Positions 27,331 through 39,640 of a stretch of 64,000 nucleotides of DNA are shown piece after piece. The translations under genes were made by a program, and so were the position numbers. The notes below the pieces were generated by a model, which searched no databases, was not told the DNA's origin, and was given only the letters and a program-made list of their open reading frames with translations. The stretch comes from Mizuhopecten yessoensis. Its lineage: Eukaryota. How positions within the stretch are numbered: position 1 is the first letter of the stretch; each line of letters begins with the position of its first letter. The DNA is taken from positions 1,187,710-1,251,709 of the forward strand of contig NW_018404481.1 of NCBI RefSeq assembly GCF_002113885.1, in the 5' to 3' direction.

Positions 27331-27587
27331 TGTAGCCGAGCTGGACTGGGTCAATCGTCGGTGACCAGAAAGCTCAACTGGTAGAGCGTTCGTCTCGAGT
27401 TTGGAAAGTCGCTGGTTCGAACCACGGTCTGGCTGTACATTTTTCCTCTCCTGTTACAGTGGTGCCTATGACCAACCCTTGTTTGAAGCATTTAGTGTAT
27501 GCTTGGCAAGTGGATATCCGAACCTGGGTTGCAAATAGTTGTGTCTTTGGGGGCAAAGACTTGGAAAAAGGAGGGAGGAATGTAGCA
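27331..27587 (+). mobile_element. tRNA-containing TRIM, 3'-truncated (LTR, PBS, internal region, PPT, first bases of LTR2)
   Basis: TGTAGCC...CTGTTACA (27331-27458), TGGTGCCTATGACC, AAAAAGGAGGGAGGAA, then TGTAGC. Confidence 0.8.
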
Positions 27588-27740
27588 TGTATAACATTTC
27601 AATATTATAATAGTAACTTTGACCCAGACCTTTGAACTATCTCCAAACTCATAGGGATCATCCTCTTCCCAAGATACACCAGCAAACCAAGCTTGGTTTA
27701 GATCTAATGTTATGTTCAAGACATAACATCTGGAAACCAA

Positions 27741-27946
27741 GGCCGTGTTTATTTAAACGGTTGAACCACAGTTGTTCGTTTATTAAATAAGGTCGGACCT
27801 AGTTATCTGAAGCTGCTTTCAGGCGAGCCTTGACAGAGCCTTGCAAGGCCTCCATAAACTTTTGCAGGTCCGCCAACATTTATATCCGAAATTTGTTACA
27901 TTTACAAACGGACACACTAGTTGTTCCACATAAATGAACAGGCCCC
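27741..27946 (+). mobile_element. ~210-bp MITE, copy of 24292-24508
   Basis: Colinear similarity throughout. Confidence 0.7.
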
Positions 27947-28774
27947 AATACTTTCTGAAAATTTCAGTCTATTTATTGGCACTTTGACCTCAAATTCAAA
28001 TGCTTTTTTCTACCTTCTTCCCTCCCTCATGAGGCATCATTCACCCAAACTTGGTTAACATAGGTATTAACTTTCCAAAGTTGTTATAGGGAAACCATTT
28101 TTTTTTTCAGCAATGCTGAAAAAGTGATGACTTGCTACAATGCTCCCAAATGTGGATCATGAAATGGTTTTATGATGTCGTGTAAGGTTTCGAACAATAA
28201 ATGAACTAGGTTTTCCTTTTTCTATGGTTTTATTATTGTACTAAAACAAATATACATTATCTACTATAAAACATGCAAGTTAAAGAATGATGCAGTTTAC
28301 TCAACAAAATACATGTATTTTCGCCTAGAAAGCAAATGAATGGAAACTACGTATATATTTCAGATAGAGGTATGTTTAATAATAGAATTTGTTCTAAATC
28401 TTGATATTAAAATAGTGTTTGTCTAGTTAAGGTACATGTACTATTTTGAAACATTAACATGAGAGACACTACTTGGATTAATTACGTTCTGAAATATATA
28501 TTTAAATCCCCTATGACGCTGAAAGAAACATCTCAACAGTGTATTTTTGAGTTTGATTCGACCTATTTACGTCCACTGCAGAAACACATAACCTCCATTC
28601 TGTCACTTTGCAAAATTTGAGAGTCCGAAAAATGTTTAAGATGAACTCCCCTAATGAACAAGATGAAGTACCAAAACAACAATTCACATTGAGGTTGGTA
28701 CGATTTCAACACTCATGACTTGAACCATTACGTATCACACTGCATAACCTGTTCAGACATTGATTCACTTTGCT

Positions 28775-28865
28775 TTAACTCATTCACCCCTGAAATTTCA
28801 TAATGAACTATTCCAACCTTTGAATTGGAAGAGTTCAAATGTGTCTTCAGGGGTGATTGAGTTAA
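28775..28865 (+). mobile_element. ~90-bp TTAA-flanked MITE (best-preserved copy)
   Basis: TTAACTCATTCACCCCTGAA...TTCAGGGGTGATTGAGTTAA. Confidence 0.85.
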
Positions 28866-29895
28866 AAACAATATAAATTTCAATGCCACGATTTATTCTT
28901 ATTCTCCCTTCAAATGCTTAACACAGGTAATAAGTATTTTCCATTGGTACACAATTTTTAACACAGAAGGCATGTCATCAAAACTGAATTATAGCGAGAT
29001 TTCGGTGAATCTATGTATATAAACGACAACAACTTCTATCCAATTTCAGCAGAATAATCTAAGGCATACGATGAGAATAAGAGAAAATTTTCATTATAAA
29101 ACACTAACAGGACATCGAGATCTGAGCAGCACACATCCCACATCAGAAAGCATGCATGTATAGATTTTAATTTAAATTACCGTATCAAAAAACTACAGAA
29201 GTTGAAGATTGAAGTACAGCACAATCAATGTTTGAAAGGCCAAGACAGCCACAATAAATTAAGTGTTTCTAGACCATCCCATGTCTTTCATGTTCCCACA
29301 GTCTAACATAAGACATTGTACTTGTAACATAATGTAAAAAGGTGTGAGATGTATAAAAGAGTTGCTTTAAAATGTTTTTAACGAAAACTGTTGCACGATG
29401 CCCTTCTTCTACAGTTGCAGATCTTTTCATTTCTTGATTTGTGGAGTTCTTGAAACTAATGGATGATCAGCAATACTGGGAAATTCTGCAACAGAAAATA
29501 TCATCATTACTACTCAATTCAAAGTCATGTAAACAATAAGACATCATACTAGCATCAAATTTAAGCATTGACTTGTAATGCTGAAACCTTTAATAAAAAT
29601 ATTATTAAACTTGAGAAACAAATAATGGTAAAAAAAGCGTTCTCATATTTTACTGAATTATGGATTACGGTATGATGGGTCAGGTATTGATATAAAGAAA
29701 AATTAAATATCTATACTGGCCTTACCTGTCCTACTCTGTTAGCAAATATTACAGATTTAGATTTGAAGTTGATGATTACCTGTACAGATAATTTACTAAT
29801 TTTTGCTGCTTTTCTTATGAACCCTCTGAATGTTTTTCACAAATGAAATTACAAATCACAAGCCGACATTTATAATATATCAAACCATACCTAAA

Positions 29896-30001
29896 TCACA
29901 CTATTATGCAACTCTTCTGATCCCTGAAAGGATTCGCCGACTGTAGCACTCCATTCACCAAGCCATCCTCTACGGCATGATTACTGGTGTAATCCATGAT
30001 T
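29896..30001 (-). CDS. G-protein gamma subunit, coding exon 2 (EIMDYTSNHAVEDGLVNGVLQSANPFRDQKSCIIV*)
   Basis: D-x-L and NPF motifs with terminal CaaX (CIIV); acceptor TCTTCTTTTTTCCAG; phase matches exon 1. Confidence 0.9.
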
Positions 30002-31387
30002 CTGGAAAAAAGAAGACAAAAAAAATAATTAAAATGTCAATTTGTAATCAAGCTGCAAGCATTTTTATCACTCTGATTCAGCATATTTAACAGTTACCAT
30101 TGAGTTCTCATTAGGAGCTGTTACCAGCAAAAGTAGCTTGCTTTTTAATTCCCCACCTTTGAACAAGCAATTTTTTCAGAACATGTACGGGTCAGTCAAC
30201 ACTATTACAAAACTTATGTTTCGTACTGGTACAAGACATCATTCTAAATTTAAAATATAAGATATTAGCACATGGACTGACATTTCAACTTTGTAGTTAT
30301 ACATGTACTTTGAGTTTTGCATCCTTTGTGTTGCTGAATTATGTTTCAATATCATTCAGAATTATTCATCTTTACAAAGATCTAGAAGTACCATACCAAT
30401 TAAAGCATCCTACTTTAGCTTATATGTGATGAATGACAAAAATTTAATCCAAGATGATCTTAAAATTTGTACATGTACTGTACTAGACTACTACTATTTG
30501 TTAATTTGTGCTCTTTTGGGGGAAAAAAAACCTTCAAAATATTTATTTTCATCTTAGTACATGGGCATCCTAAAATTTACGTACTATCTCTTCCTTCAAT
30601 TTATTGATGAGATAAAAATATTCTTCCCATTTACAAAAAACAAACAGTGTGTTATAAATTAATCCAAAATCGTCGCACTGAAAATACAATAGGATAAATA
30701 GGATAAAATAATGAATGCAGGCAGACACTCTGCCTCTATATCCACATCTTAATATATTTTAGAAAATATTATTTGTTAATTGTCATTTCCTGAGATTTCT
30801 TTATGGCCGGCCAAATGATTGTATTTCAGTTCAAAAAATTTCCGAAGACTGAAGAGTATCAAGATTAAGTTCAAAGTCCTTAATCGTTGGCGATGTAATA
30901 ATATATTCTGGGAGACTGCTCCAGATTTCGACAACTTAATTAGGCCTAAAGCTGAATATTTCCGAATATCATGAAAATGTATGGATTATCAAATTAAATT
31001 TAAAATGCATTACCTGCTGCATACTATCTGACGTTTATTATAAATATATTGGTACCATATCCCTGCAACTATCTCCCTTACGTTACCGCGCCCCTAAGTG
31101 CCATTCGGAGTTGATGAACAAAGCCCATCTTGCATGAATCATAATAATGAGCTGGCATTTTCCGATGCTAATAAGAAATATATATTCACTTATTGTTGAG
31201 CATATTTAAACATTAACTATCAAATGTCTATTAACCGAAAAAATAAAACAAATATAACATCAGCATTGACCGAACAGAATCAAAAGGCTATGTATATTAT
31301 TAATATTAGATCGATACTGCACTGAATTCCTATCGTTTCCTGTCAATTTGAAATGGGCAGAGTTTCTCGCATTCATTATACACTTAC

Positions 31388-31482
31388 TCTTCGATTGCTT
31401 GTGAAACTGGGATTCGTTGTACATTAGCTTCGAGACGAAGCTGTCCCAACTGCTTCTGCAAGCTCTGTACCTGACTGGACAT
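31388..31482 (-). CDS. G-protein gamma subunit, coding exon 1 (MSSQVQSLQKQLGQLRLEANVQRIPVSQAIE)
   Basis: GGL-domain signature QLRLEAxxxRIPVSxA; donor GA|GTAAGT; 66 aa in total. Confidence 0.9.
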
Positions 31483-31599
31483 TTTGAGATGGAAATATTT
31501 TGATAGTTACGACAAGAATTTCTCAGACGCAAAACAAAATGTCGCCGGTTTCTTCTCGTTTTCAATTATCGTTCAAAGCGAGAATATGCGGGATTCAAA
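31483..31599. promoter_or_regulatory. Ultra-short divergent region between the G-gamma and TRMT12 start codons
   Basis: 117 bp between opposing ATGs; YY1-like AAAATGGCCGC overlaps the TRMT12 ATG. Confidence 0.7.
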
Positions 31600-31685
31600 A
31601 TGGCCGCGCCCAGGAGTTCAGAAAATAAAGAAGGAAAGAGTAAAGATGTTCTCATCTCTAATGTCATAGATGCACAGAGAGTAAG
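31600..31685 (+). CDS. TRMT12: tRNA wybutosine-synthesizing protein 2, exon 1 (MAAPRSSENKEGKSKDVLISNVIDAQRVR)
   Basis: Good Kozak context; donor AG|GTAAAA; phase 2 joins exon 2 giving AQRVRKVLEENKIFD. Confidence 0.75.
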
Positions 31686-32284
31686 GTAAAACGCAAGCAT
31701 AAGTACATGTTGGGCACAACTCCAACACCATTACTTGAGTGGTTGCGTTGGAGTCCTGTTCAAGTACTGTAAATAGCCAAAGTCCGAAACGTCTAGGAGA
31801 GCTTGTTTTGCAATAATAACGGTAGTGTTACTGGAATGCTATTGCAACAACGTTAGAGGTTAAACACTGCGGCATAATAATTTCCGATAAAAACACCCGA
31901 CCAATAGCTAATTGAGTTATAGGAGTATTGACGTGCTTGGTGCTCTAGGCTGTTACACTGACAAATTGTAGGAAAGTGATTAGACATCTTCTAAAAGATC
32001 AGTCGTGGCAGTTTGGCAATATCGAGGCATTGCAGGTTGCATCAAGCTAAAAGGGTCCGGGGTGATTTCAAGTCCCTTTTGACCCAGTTATAACTGAAAA
32101 AAATGTGATTTTCCCTTTTGAAATTCCCTGTTGGTAAAAAAAGATAAATAAATAATTAAATAGTATACGTAATAGACAGGTTTTTAAAAAGTTTAATTTA
32201 AAGTGAAATCATGATTTATTTTGTACAAGATATATATATATAGTTTGTCACTTCCATTTGCAACAATCAAAATCTAGAATGCTA

Positions 32285-33088
32285 GTCGTTTTGGTAACAA
32301 GTTGCTTCGGTAACAAGTCGTTTCGGGACAAACTTAAAAGTCGTTTCGGGACTTACTCAAGTCGTTTCGGGACATAAAAAAAATATAATCAAAATATAAA
32401 TGAATGTTACATGTAACATTTCTTTTTCCTTATACAATATAAAAATGTATACCATATGTAACAAAGTTTGTAACAATAAATAATTATAAACAAATTAACA
32501 CATAAATAAACAAAGGTAACAATATGATGTACATTTTTGTATAAAAATTGAAAGTAAATTATGGAAAGCATTAGCTACACAGGATTATTAATATGTGGTA
32601 TGTGTACCCAGGACTTCGGACGTGGACCCTGCTTTCCTAAAGCCTCATTTTTTTTAATAATTTAAATATATATAATGCACAGAATTAAATACAGTTACAG
32701 AGAACAACAAGGTTATTACACTTGATTCACACCAAGAAACTATAATCAGTATTTATAAGTATACCAATCTATCCTTCAAACAAAGAAATCATTATAATTA
32801 TCAAACTAATGTTCATTATATGATACACTTCAGCTAACTAAAAAGTTTCATCTCTTTACTTTTTTCTTGTATTGAAAAAAAAGCTTTTTTCTTTTAACAC
32901 ATCTACCACACAGCACTATAGTAATTAAATACAGGCATAATTTATACAATATATATATATATATAATAAATGAACTATCAAATTTAAATGGTTTTTTTTA
33001 TCACATCTTACATGTCCCGAAACGACGAAGAAAAAGTCCCAAAACAACTTCCGTCTTGTTACCGAAACGACATGTTACCGAAACGACC
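32285..33088. mobile_element. MITE with repetitive subterminal inverted motifs
   Basis: GTCGTTTCGG(TAAC/GAC) repeats at the left; GTCCCGAAACGAC and TTACCGAAACGAC at the right; AT-rich interior. Confidence 0.7.
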
Positions 33089-33920
33089 TGACACCAAAAT
33101 CTGGTTGAAAGTGGTCGATCACTATATGTTAGAAGTACAACAGTTCTGTACTGTAGAGTATATATGGTGGCATATTTCTGTCATCAAGTTGCCGACTTAT
33201 GACTGAATGATGTTGACAGTATCTCTGAATCATGTGGACAAAATATGAGAAGATGTTGCCATCACAGAAGAAGATGTCATCATAAACAGAAGAATATGTC
33301 GACATGCTAATGTACTTGTCAAGATAATAAATCCAAGATGATTATCCAGCAAGTCGGAAACTCTGCTATTTATTTTCTTCTTTTGTATAGGTTAGCACTC
33401 CTCTTGCCATGGGGGCTTGTAACAAATGTATACAAAATATTTATTAACACACATAATGTGCGTTCGTTCAGTGTATATAATTTTAGCTCTGATCTGGCCC
33501 GAAGTATTTGTTACAAGCTTATGCATACTCTTACTTAAGGGGATACAATGAAACTCTAACACATCCTCCTTAATTAGTCAGAGGGGAAAAACATCCTTTC
33601 AACTTAGACATTAACAGTTTTGCTAAGGTCAAATTAAGTTCTTTTTGAAAATAACCATGGAAAAAGCACATTCACTTATCATATTGTGACAGATACATGT
33701 ACGTAGGTTGAATATATTAAACTATATTACCGAACACAAAAAAAAACATGTCGCTTTAAGCTTAATTTGTCAAAGTGTTTTAATTGGTCTTTCTTAGTAT
33801 AGTGAAATTTTGAAAATTGAAAACTTCCTCCTTTTTCTTTTGTTTTCATAGGAAAATGAAACGTAAATAAAAAGATGATGATTACTTTAAGAAAATAATT
33901 CTTCTTTCATATAATTTAAG

Positions 33921-34490
33921 GCATCTGGTTTCGGCCACGTTGTGGAATAGCTTACCATCTGCTATTAGAAAGTCAAATACCATGGCCAAATTTAAGAGGG
34001 ACATCAAAACTCACCTCTTCACATCTGTATTTTAGGCTCTTTGCAAAGACGTCGTGTAATTACCAAACCCTTTATTTGTTCATTTATGTGCACATTGCGT
34101 TGATGATCTGCTTTCTTAAATGTATAAAAGTGATTGTAAGCCTTTGTTTTTGTTTCACAATCATAACTAATACTATTATTCATATGTTGTAAAGCGCTTT
34201 AGAGTAATTTTACAAAAATTATATAGGGTGCTATATAAATGTTGTATATTATTATTATTTATTATTTCACTTTTTAATTTTCTTCCAAAAAGTTGATGAT
34301 CTGCTTGCTTAAATGTATAAAAGTGATTGTAAGCCTTTGTTTTTGTTTCACAATCATAACTAATACTATTATTCATATGTTGTAGAGCGCTTTAGAGTAA
34401 TTTCACAAATTATATAGGGTGCTATATAAATGTTGTATATTAATTATTATTATTTATTATTTCACTTTTTAATTTTCTTCCAAAAAGTCA
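33921..34490 (+). mobile_element. 5'-truncated L2-like LINE 3' end with a ~192-bp tandem duplication of its 3' UTR/tail
   Basis: Encodes ATLWNSLPSAIRKSNTMAKFKRDIKTHLFTSVF*; unit starting GTTGATGATCTGC at 34099 and 34291. Confidence 0.8.
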
Positions 34491-34582
34491 AACTCTATTG
34501 TTGATTATACATGTACATGTAACATTTTGAATAGTTACCAGTAAAAAAACACAAGATATAGCCTTTTGTTAATTTATTTCAG

Positions 34583-34929
34583 GAAAGTTTTAGAGGAGAA
34601 CAAAATATTTGACAACGGCCGAAGATTGAAGAAAACTTCAAAAGGAAGAATTGCAATCCCATTGAAAAAGTCAGCAAACTTGGAGACAATTGTTGATACT
34701 CTATCTAAAATTGGTATTATTGTTGAAAAAGAGTGTTTGAAATTACCCCTGTCGAAAACTGCCCTGGCACAAACACCCTATGATTGTTTGGTTTCATCCC
34801 TCCACGATTTCCTTGGTAACGATGATGTCAATTTCTCGACATTGGTAAAGGATATACCGACCCACTGGGAGAGACATGGCGATCTAATTGTGTTTTCAGG
34901 GAGCTTTTTTACGCACAATATATGGCAAG
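34583..34929 (+). CDS. TRMT12: TRMT12 exon 2
   Basis: KVLEENKIFD..GRIAIPL..DIPTHWERHGDLIVF; AG/GT boundaries in phase. Confidence 0.92.
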
Positions 34930-35722
34930 GTAAGTGAAAAAATTCAAAATACAGGTCCTCTTGAACATTCACAGGCTTTTTGTTCTCAAGATATCTTAAA
35001 GACATTTTTCCTTAACTGAATTTACCAATTGTGTAACTTTTGTGAAGATCTTAATTTCTTAAGCAGAGAAATGTTGGTGAGGCTTGGAACTTGTATATAA
35101 GGCCAAACAAGAAGTTAAGTTTGTTTCCCATTTCATGTCTGAAAAATCAAGGGTATGTTGGTGAACATTTAAGAAAAATAACTTTTATCATGTGTATGCC
35201 ATGGAGAGTGATATTGACTTTAATAGGCTGCTTTCATGGAAACTGACAAAAAACATTTGGGCTAGGTATACATAAGGTAAGCTGAAACAGTATTTCTATT
35301 TGGTCTATAATTATATAAGTATAGTATATATAAGTACATTGTACTAAACTGATGTACTTATTTACTGGGTTTTATTACACAGTGCTAAACCATCTAGTCA
35401 CTTGATACTGATTTGATGGGAATTTTCCTACTGCCTTTCCTAATTGGTAGAATACTGAAATAGTAATCTGCAGTCCTGGGTAAGACTCCTATTAGAGGCA
35501 CTTTCAAAATGTGACCTAGCTTATAGATATATGATCAAGAAAATCCATATTTTCAGTAAGGGCACAGTACTCTATGATGAACAATATGAATCCATTTAGA
35601 AGCTCGGCAGAAATTGTCCCAATATTAGAAATTATCCCTTTCTGGAAGACTTACTATGTTTAAGGATACATTTCTTTCTACAGCAATGCAAAATTTATTC
35701 CTTGGTCAGGTTTAGCATCAAT

Positions 35723-35813
35723 TTAACTTATTCACCCCAGAAATTTCATAATGAAATATTTCAACTTTGAATTGGAAGAGTTCAAATGTGTGTTCATGGG
35801 TGAATGAGTTTAA
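35723..35813 (+). mobile_element. ~90-bp TTAA-flanked MITE
   Basis: Same family. Confidence 0.75.
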
Positions 35814-35869
35814 GAATTAAATCAAGAATTATGTGGTAAGATTTATTTAATGTTTTTTATTCATTACAG

Positions 35870-36026
35870 GTTTGGGGCCTGGCCTGTGGAAGGCTGTGGC
35901 CACAAGTCTCGGCTGCTCCAGACTGGCACAGAAGGGTGTCATCAGCTCCAACGGTTATCGGTCACCAACAGTTGTCCTACTGCTTGGTGATTGTGGATGG
36001 GTGCAACATATAGACAATGGTATCAG
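35870..36026 (+). CDS. TRMT12: TRMT12 exon 3
   Basis: LWKAVATSLGCSRLAQKG..RSPTVVLLLGDCGWVQHIDNGIR. Confidence 0.93.
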
Positions 36027-36227
36027 GTAAAGTCGAGATCCGGATCAACACTAGCAGAACTTTGAATTATTACTAACTTGGAATCAGAAATAGTGTCAGT
36101 AATATACATGTATGGCATCACGATGGTTTATGCATCTTTGCTAACCAAGGATTACGATCTACTACGGTAGTAGGCAGATCGGATCGTATCGGATTGTAAC
36201 CCTTGGCTAGCGAAGATGTGGTTTGAG

Positions 36228-36515
36228 GGTGGGGTGGCACAGTGGATAGAGCATTCGCCTTTCACAAAGATGACCGGGGTTCGAATTCCAAATCTAATGT
36301 AAAAAGGTATGGGGCCCCCAGTGCCCGACCACGTGGGTTTCTCGGGGTACTCCAGTTTCCTCCCACATTAAGACCCCCTTTACTTTACCATCCAGGCCAA
36401 TAAGAGAATCAAATCTTTTTGGACCTTTTTTTTGGTTAAAAAATATAAAATAATTGTGAAATGCACTAATGTAACGGTTCCTGACTTGGAGCATGTGTAT
36501 TTTATTTTATAGTTA
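36228..36515 (+). mobile_element. tRNA-derived SINE with V-domain-like core
   Basis: A box GGTGGCACAGTGG, B box GGTTCGAATTCC, then GTGGGTTTCTCGGGGTACTCCAGTTTCCTCCCAC. Confidence 0.7.
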
Positions 36516-36692
36516 AAGTGTCAGGGTTTATTAATTGACTATGGTATATTAAAATGATTAGATGGATCTTGAAAGCAGTAGACCAATAACAAGAAACTCC
36601 AATGCAATATTAGCAGATTACGATAGTTTGGTTTTTTGGGGGGGTTTTTTGAAAAGGGGAGGCGTACGCCCATTACGCCCTCACCTGGACAC

Positions 36693-36753
<61 letters not shown>

Positions 36754-36754
36754 N
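36693..36754. repeat. ~60-nt poly-C run ending at an N
   Basis: Homopolymer abutting an ambiguous base; probable assembly junction. Confidence 0.8.
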
Positions 36755-37584
36755 AAAGGAAGGAAACTGGAGAAACCCATGTGTAAATATAAGATGATAG
36801 AACTTTAATTCACAATGGTTGTGTTGAAAATATGATGATCCCATTAAACTCTATCTTAGGTCTTCGATTTGAACTGCCTTGCACCTTAACTTTGGTCTCT
36901 GACTCGTACTTAATTAGTTACATAAAGGGCAGCTGTGAAAAGCTGGCCTGGCACTCACACTTGCGTATTTTCTACACAAATTATAATTAACACCAATATA
37001 GAAAATTATCAACAAGTTAAGTTGATACAGTAATACCCAGCCAGCATTCAGATATCGGGCCGACATTTGTCCGATTTTGGAATCTACATCAGCGCGATGT
37101 CTGTTTTAGGAGCAGGCTGACATCGGTCCAGCTTCCATTTGCAACATGTTTTGATGTCGGCCCGGTATTGGCAACTATATCCGCCCGATGCCTATCCAAC
37201 GTCTATCCAACGTGAAAATCATATTCCTTTTAGTATTTGGACAACCTGTGTACATATGTTGGCCTGACATTGGCCAAATCTTAGTTTGCAGTCTTCCAGT
37301 ACCGGTATATTAAACATTTAATTTGCATAATTTGAAAAGGATTCCCTGTATAACATATGCAATGCTGACAATACTAGTCTGCTACAAACCAATCTACAAA
37401 CCTGGCCGTTGTTGCCTGTTGTAGTTGATCTTGATGACCTTATTAAGGTTTTGAGTCCTTGTTTATTAGTATTCAGAAATATTGTAATACAGCCTTTTTT
37501 TTCTATCATTTGCCCCGCATAACTCCAGCCAAGGTGTCCAGGACATGGAACAAACCACAGCATTCTGATTTGCTCTACAACCTC

Positions 37585-37948
37585 CTTTTTATACGCCCGT
37601 CAAATTTGACGGGAGTATTATGGTATGGGGTTGTCCGTTCGTCCATCCGGCTTAAACTTTTGTTTGTCCGGTAATCTCCTCCTACATTTTTTGGACCGAT
37701 CTCTTTGAAACTTGGTATACATTATAACCATGATATGAAGTTGTGTCTCCCTTAAAAGAATTTTGAATTGACAATTTTTGCAAAACTTCTTGCCCTTTGT
37801 TTATTTTTTGTCCGGAGGTTTTCTCCTACATTTTTTATAGCATGTCAGCTAACCACTCTTAGAATGATCTTATTTCAATGTAAGAAAGTATATAACACTA
37901 TATGGCATTCGACGGACGTATATTGTTCCGCCCCGCGGTACTCTTGCC
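37585..37948 (+). mobile_element. Short Helentron/HINE-like element
   Basis: TTTTTATACGCCCGTC..GACGGG start, GTCC microsatellite, GACGGACGTATA inverted subterminal repeat, CTCTTG end. Confidence 0.65.
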
Positions 37949-37977
37949 CATTTATAACTTGTAATTCTATGCTTCAG

Positions 37978-38087
37978 GTACACCTATGACCTGACCAAAT
38001 GCATGTTCAGTGCAGGCAATATCACAGAGAAACTGAGGGTAGCAGGTTTTTACTGCCAAGGAGAAACAGTCGTTGATCTCTATGCAG
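37978..38087 (+). CDS. TRMT12: TRMT12 exon 4
   Basis: YTYDLTKCMFSAGNITEKLRVA..GETVVDLYA (SAM-binding motif I start). Confidence 0.95.
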
Positions 38088-39366
38088 GTATTCCTTTGAC
38101 TTTGATCTTGTGTACTTTTAGATCTTTTATATAATTATGTATTAGTGTTGTTTTGTGTTGTTATTATGGAATGATATTGCTATATATGTGAACCATGTAT
38201 ATATCAACCATTATGAGATGGTGTACCATGGGTGATTTTTGGGGCTCTCAATCCAAGGTCAAGGTCACACATTGAGGTCAAATTTCAAAAATGATTTTGT
38301 TAGTCTGAGGAAAACTTTAAGCTCTGAAGAGTGCGGCATCAATCATCTGATAAATGGGTTTTTTTAACGACTTCTCATTGAAACCAAGGTCAAGATGTTT
38401 GGCTATTACCCCCAGTAGGTACAGTACAACTAACATAATTTGTTCAAAGAAATGACCTTGTCCAACTTTTAAAGTCCCTTGAGTAAAATAAAGTTAAAAT
38501 CTTCCAGTAGAGATCCATGAGGTGTAGGGTATATGATATCTAGCCTGTAGTGTAGCTTACTGTACACCAGGAAAGTTTTGCACTGTCATACTTTCGACCT
38601 TTATTGGAAAAGCCCATATTATCCCAGTGTTATTTTCACCCTCCATATGTCATTGCTATAGATGGAATACTGCTGCCATCACCATGCCCTCATTCCAGTG
38701 GGTTAAAAGGTGAAGTTTAAGGGTGATAATTTTTGCTATCAAGTTTGTTTAGATATATATTTGACCTTGACCTAATTGATGGTAACTGATGTGAAATGTC
38801 TTCACTCTTTTCAAACTGCAATGCATACGAGGTAAGCAATTCAGGCCCTATCCGCCTCTTGTTTCAATCTCTCTGTCAGTGCTTCACTGTAACCTACAAT
38901 TGCCAAAGTTTTTAGGTGAATACCTCGTGGGATGGCAGACTTGTTTGCTGAAATTTGGTCTCATACCCTTCTTTATACAGACTTATTGCCCTTTGTAAAT
39001 TTTAAATACTTAAGTTTTTTAAGATTTGGCAACTGTCCTTTGTCCATGCAGAACACCAGATGTTTAATTGATTGGAATACTTTAAATAGACAAAATGAAG
39101 CAAACATAACTAATTGTTGAAAAACATAATTTCTCATTAGTTTTACAAATTATATTTAAATTTCAAAGATAGTTTAGTGGAAGTTATTCCTGAAATCAAT
39201 TGCTTCTTCATCCCATATACTAACTGAATCATGGATTATAATAACAATATTTCTGTACTGAAGTTAAAGTTTAAATATATCTTTTAGGCGACGATCAGTG
39301 ATGAGTGTGCTGATGATATTGTATATATACAATGCATATAATTAGGTTGTTATGTTTCCTTCCCAG

Positions 39367-39524
39367 GGATTGGCTACTTCACATTGCCATATTTGGTCCA
39401 TGCCAAGGCTTCACATGTCCATGCCTGCGAGTGGAACCCAGATGCTGTCGATGCCCTGAGGAAAACTCTCGCACTGAACAGTGTATCGGATAGGTGCACC
39501 ATACATCAGGGTGACAACAGAGAG
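39367..39524 (+). CDS. TRMT12: TRMT12 exon 5
   Basis: GIGYFTLPYLVHAKASHVHACEWNPDAV..GDNRE. Confidence 0.95.
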
Positions 39525-39546
39525 GTCAGTCATCCATAAAAGTTAA

Positions 39547-39640
39547 TTAACTCATTCACACCTGAGCACAGTCACACATTTTAACTCTTCCTGTTCAAAG
39601 GTTGAAATAGTCACTATGAAATTTCAGGGATGAATGAGTT
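39547..39640 (-). mobile_element. ~90-bp TTAA-flanked MITE (degenerate)
   Basis: Same family. Confidence 0.65.

Noticed and set aside
27365-27440. tRNA gene calls here and at 11400, 36230, 44970, 45570, 45825, 49100, 55545
   Set aside because: Cloverleaves are degenerate and embedded in TRIM LTRs or SINE heads
31014-31167. Candidate poison exon in the G-gamma intron (TTCTTATTAG ... CAG|GTAATG, introduces a stop)
   Set aside because: Splice-like sites of this strength arise by chance; there is no homology support without RNA data
29480-31400. snoRNA host-gene hypothesis for the small minus-strand exons
   Set aside because: The exons encode a G-gamma subunit and no clean C/D box pair was found
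36539-36844. Poly-Gly / poly-Pro ORFs
   Set aside because: Translation of a poly-C run next to an N inside a TRMT12 intron; likely assembly artefact
38088-38097. TRMT12 intron 4 donor GTATTCCTTT as a second U12 site
   Set aside because: An extra T breaks the GTATCC consensus, and the 3' end (39366) has a pyrimidine tract with no TCCTTAAC branch point
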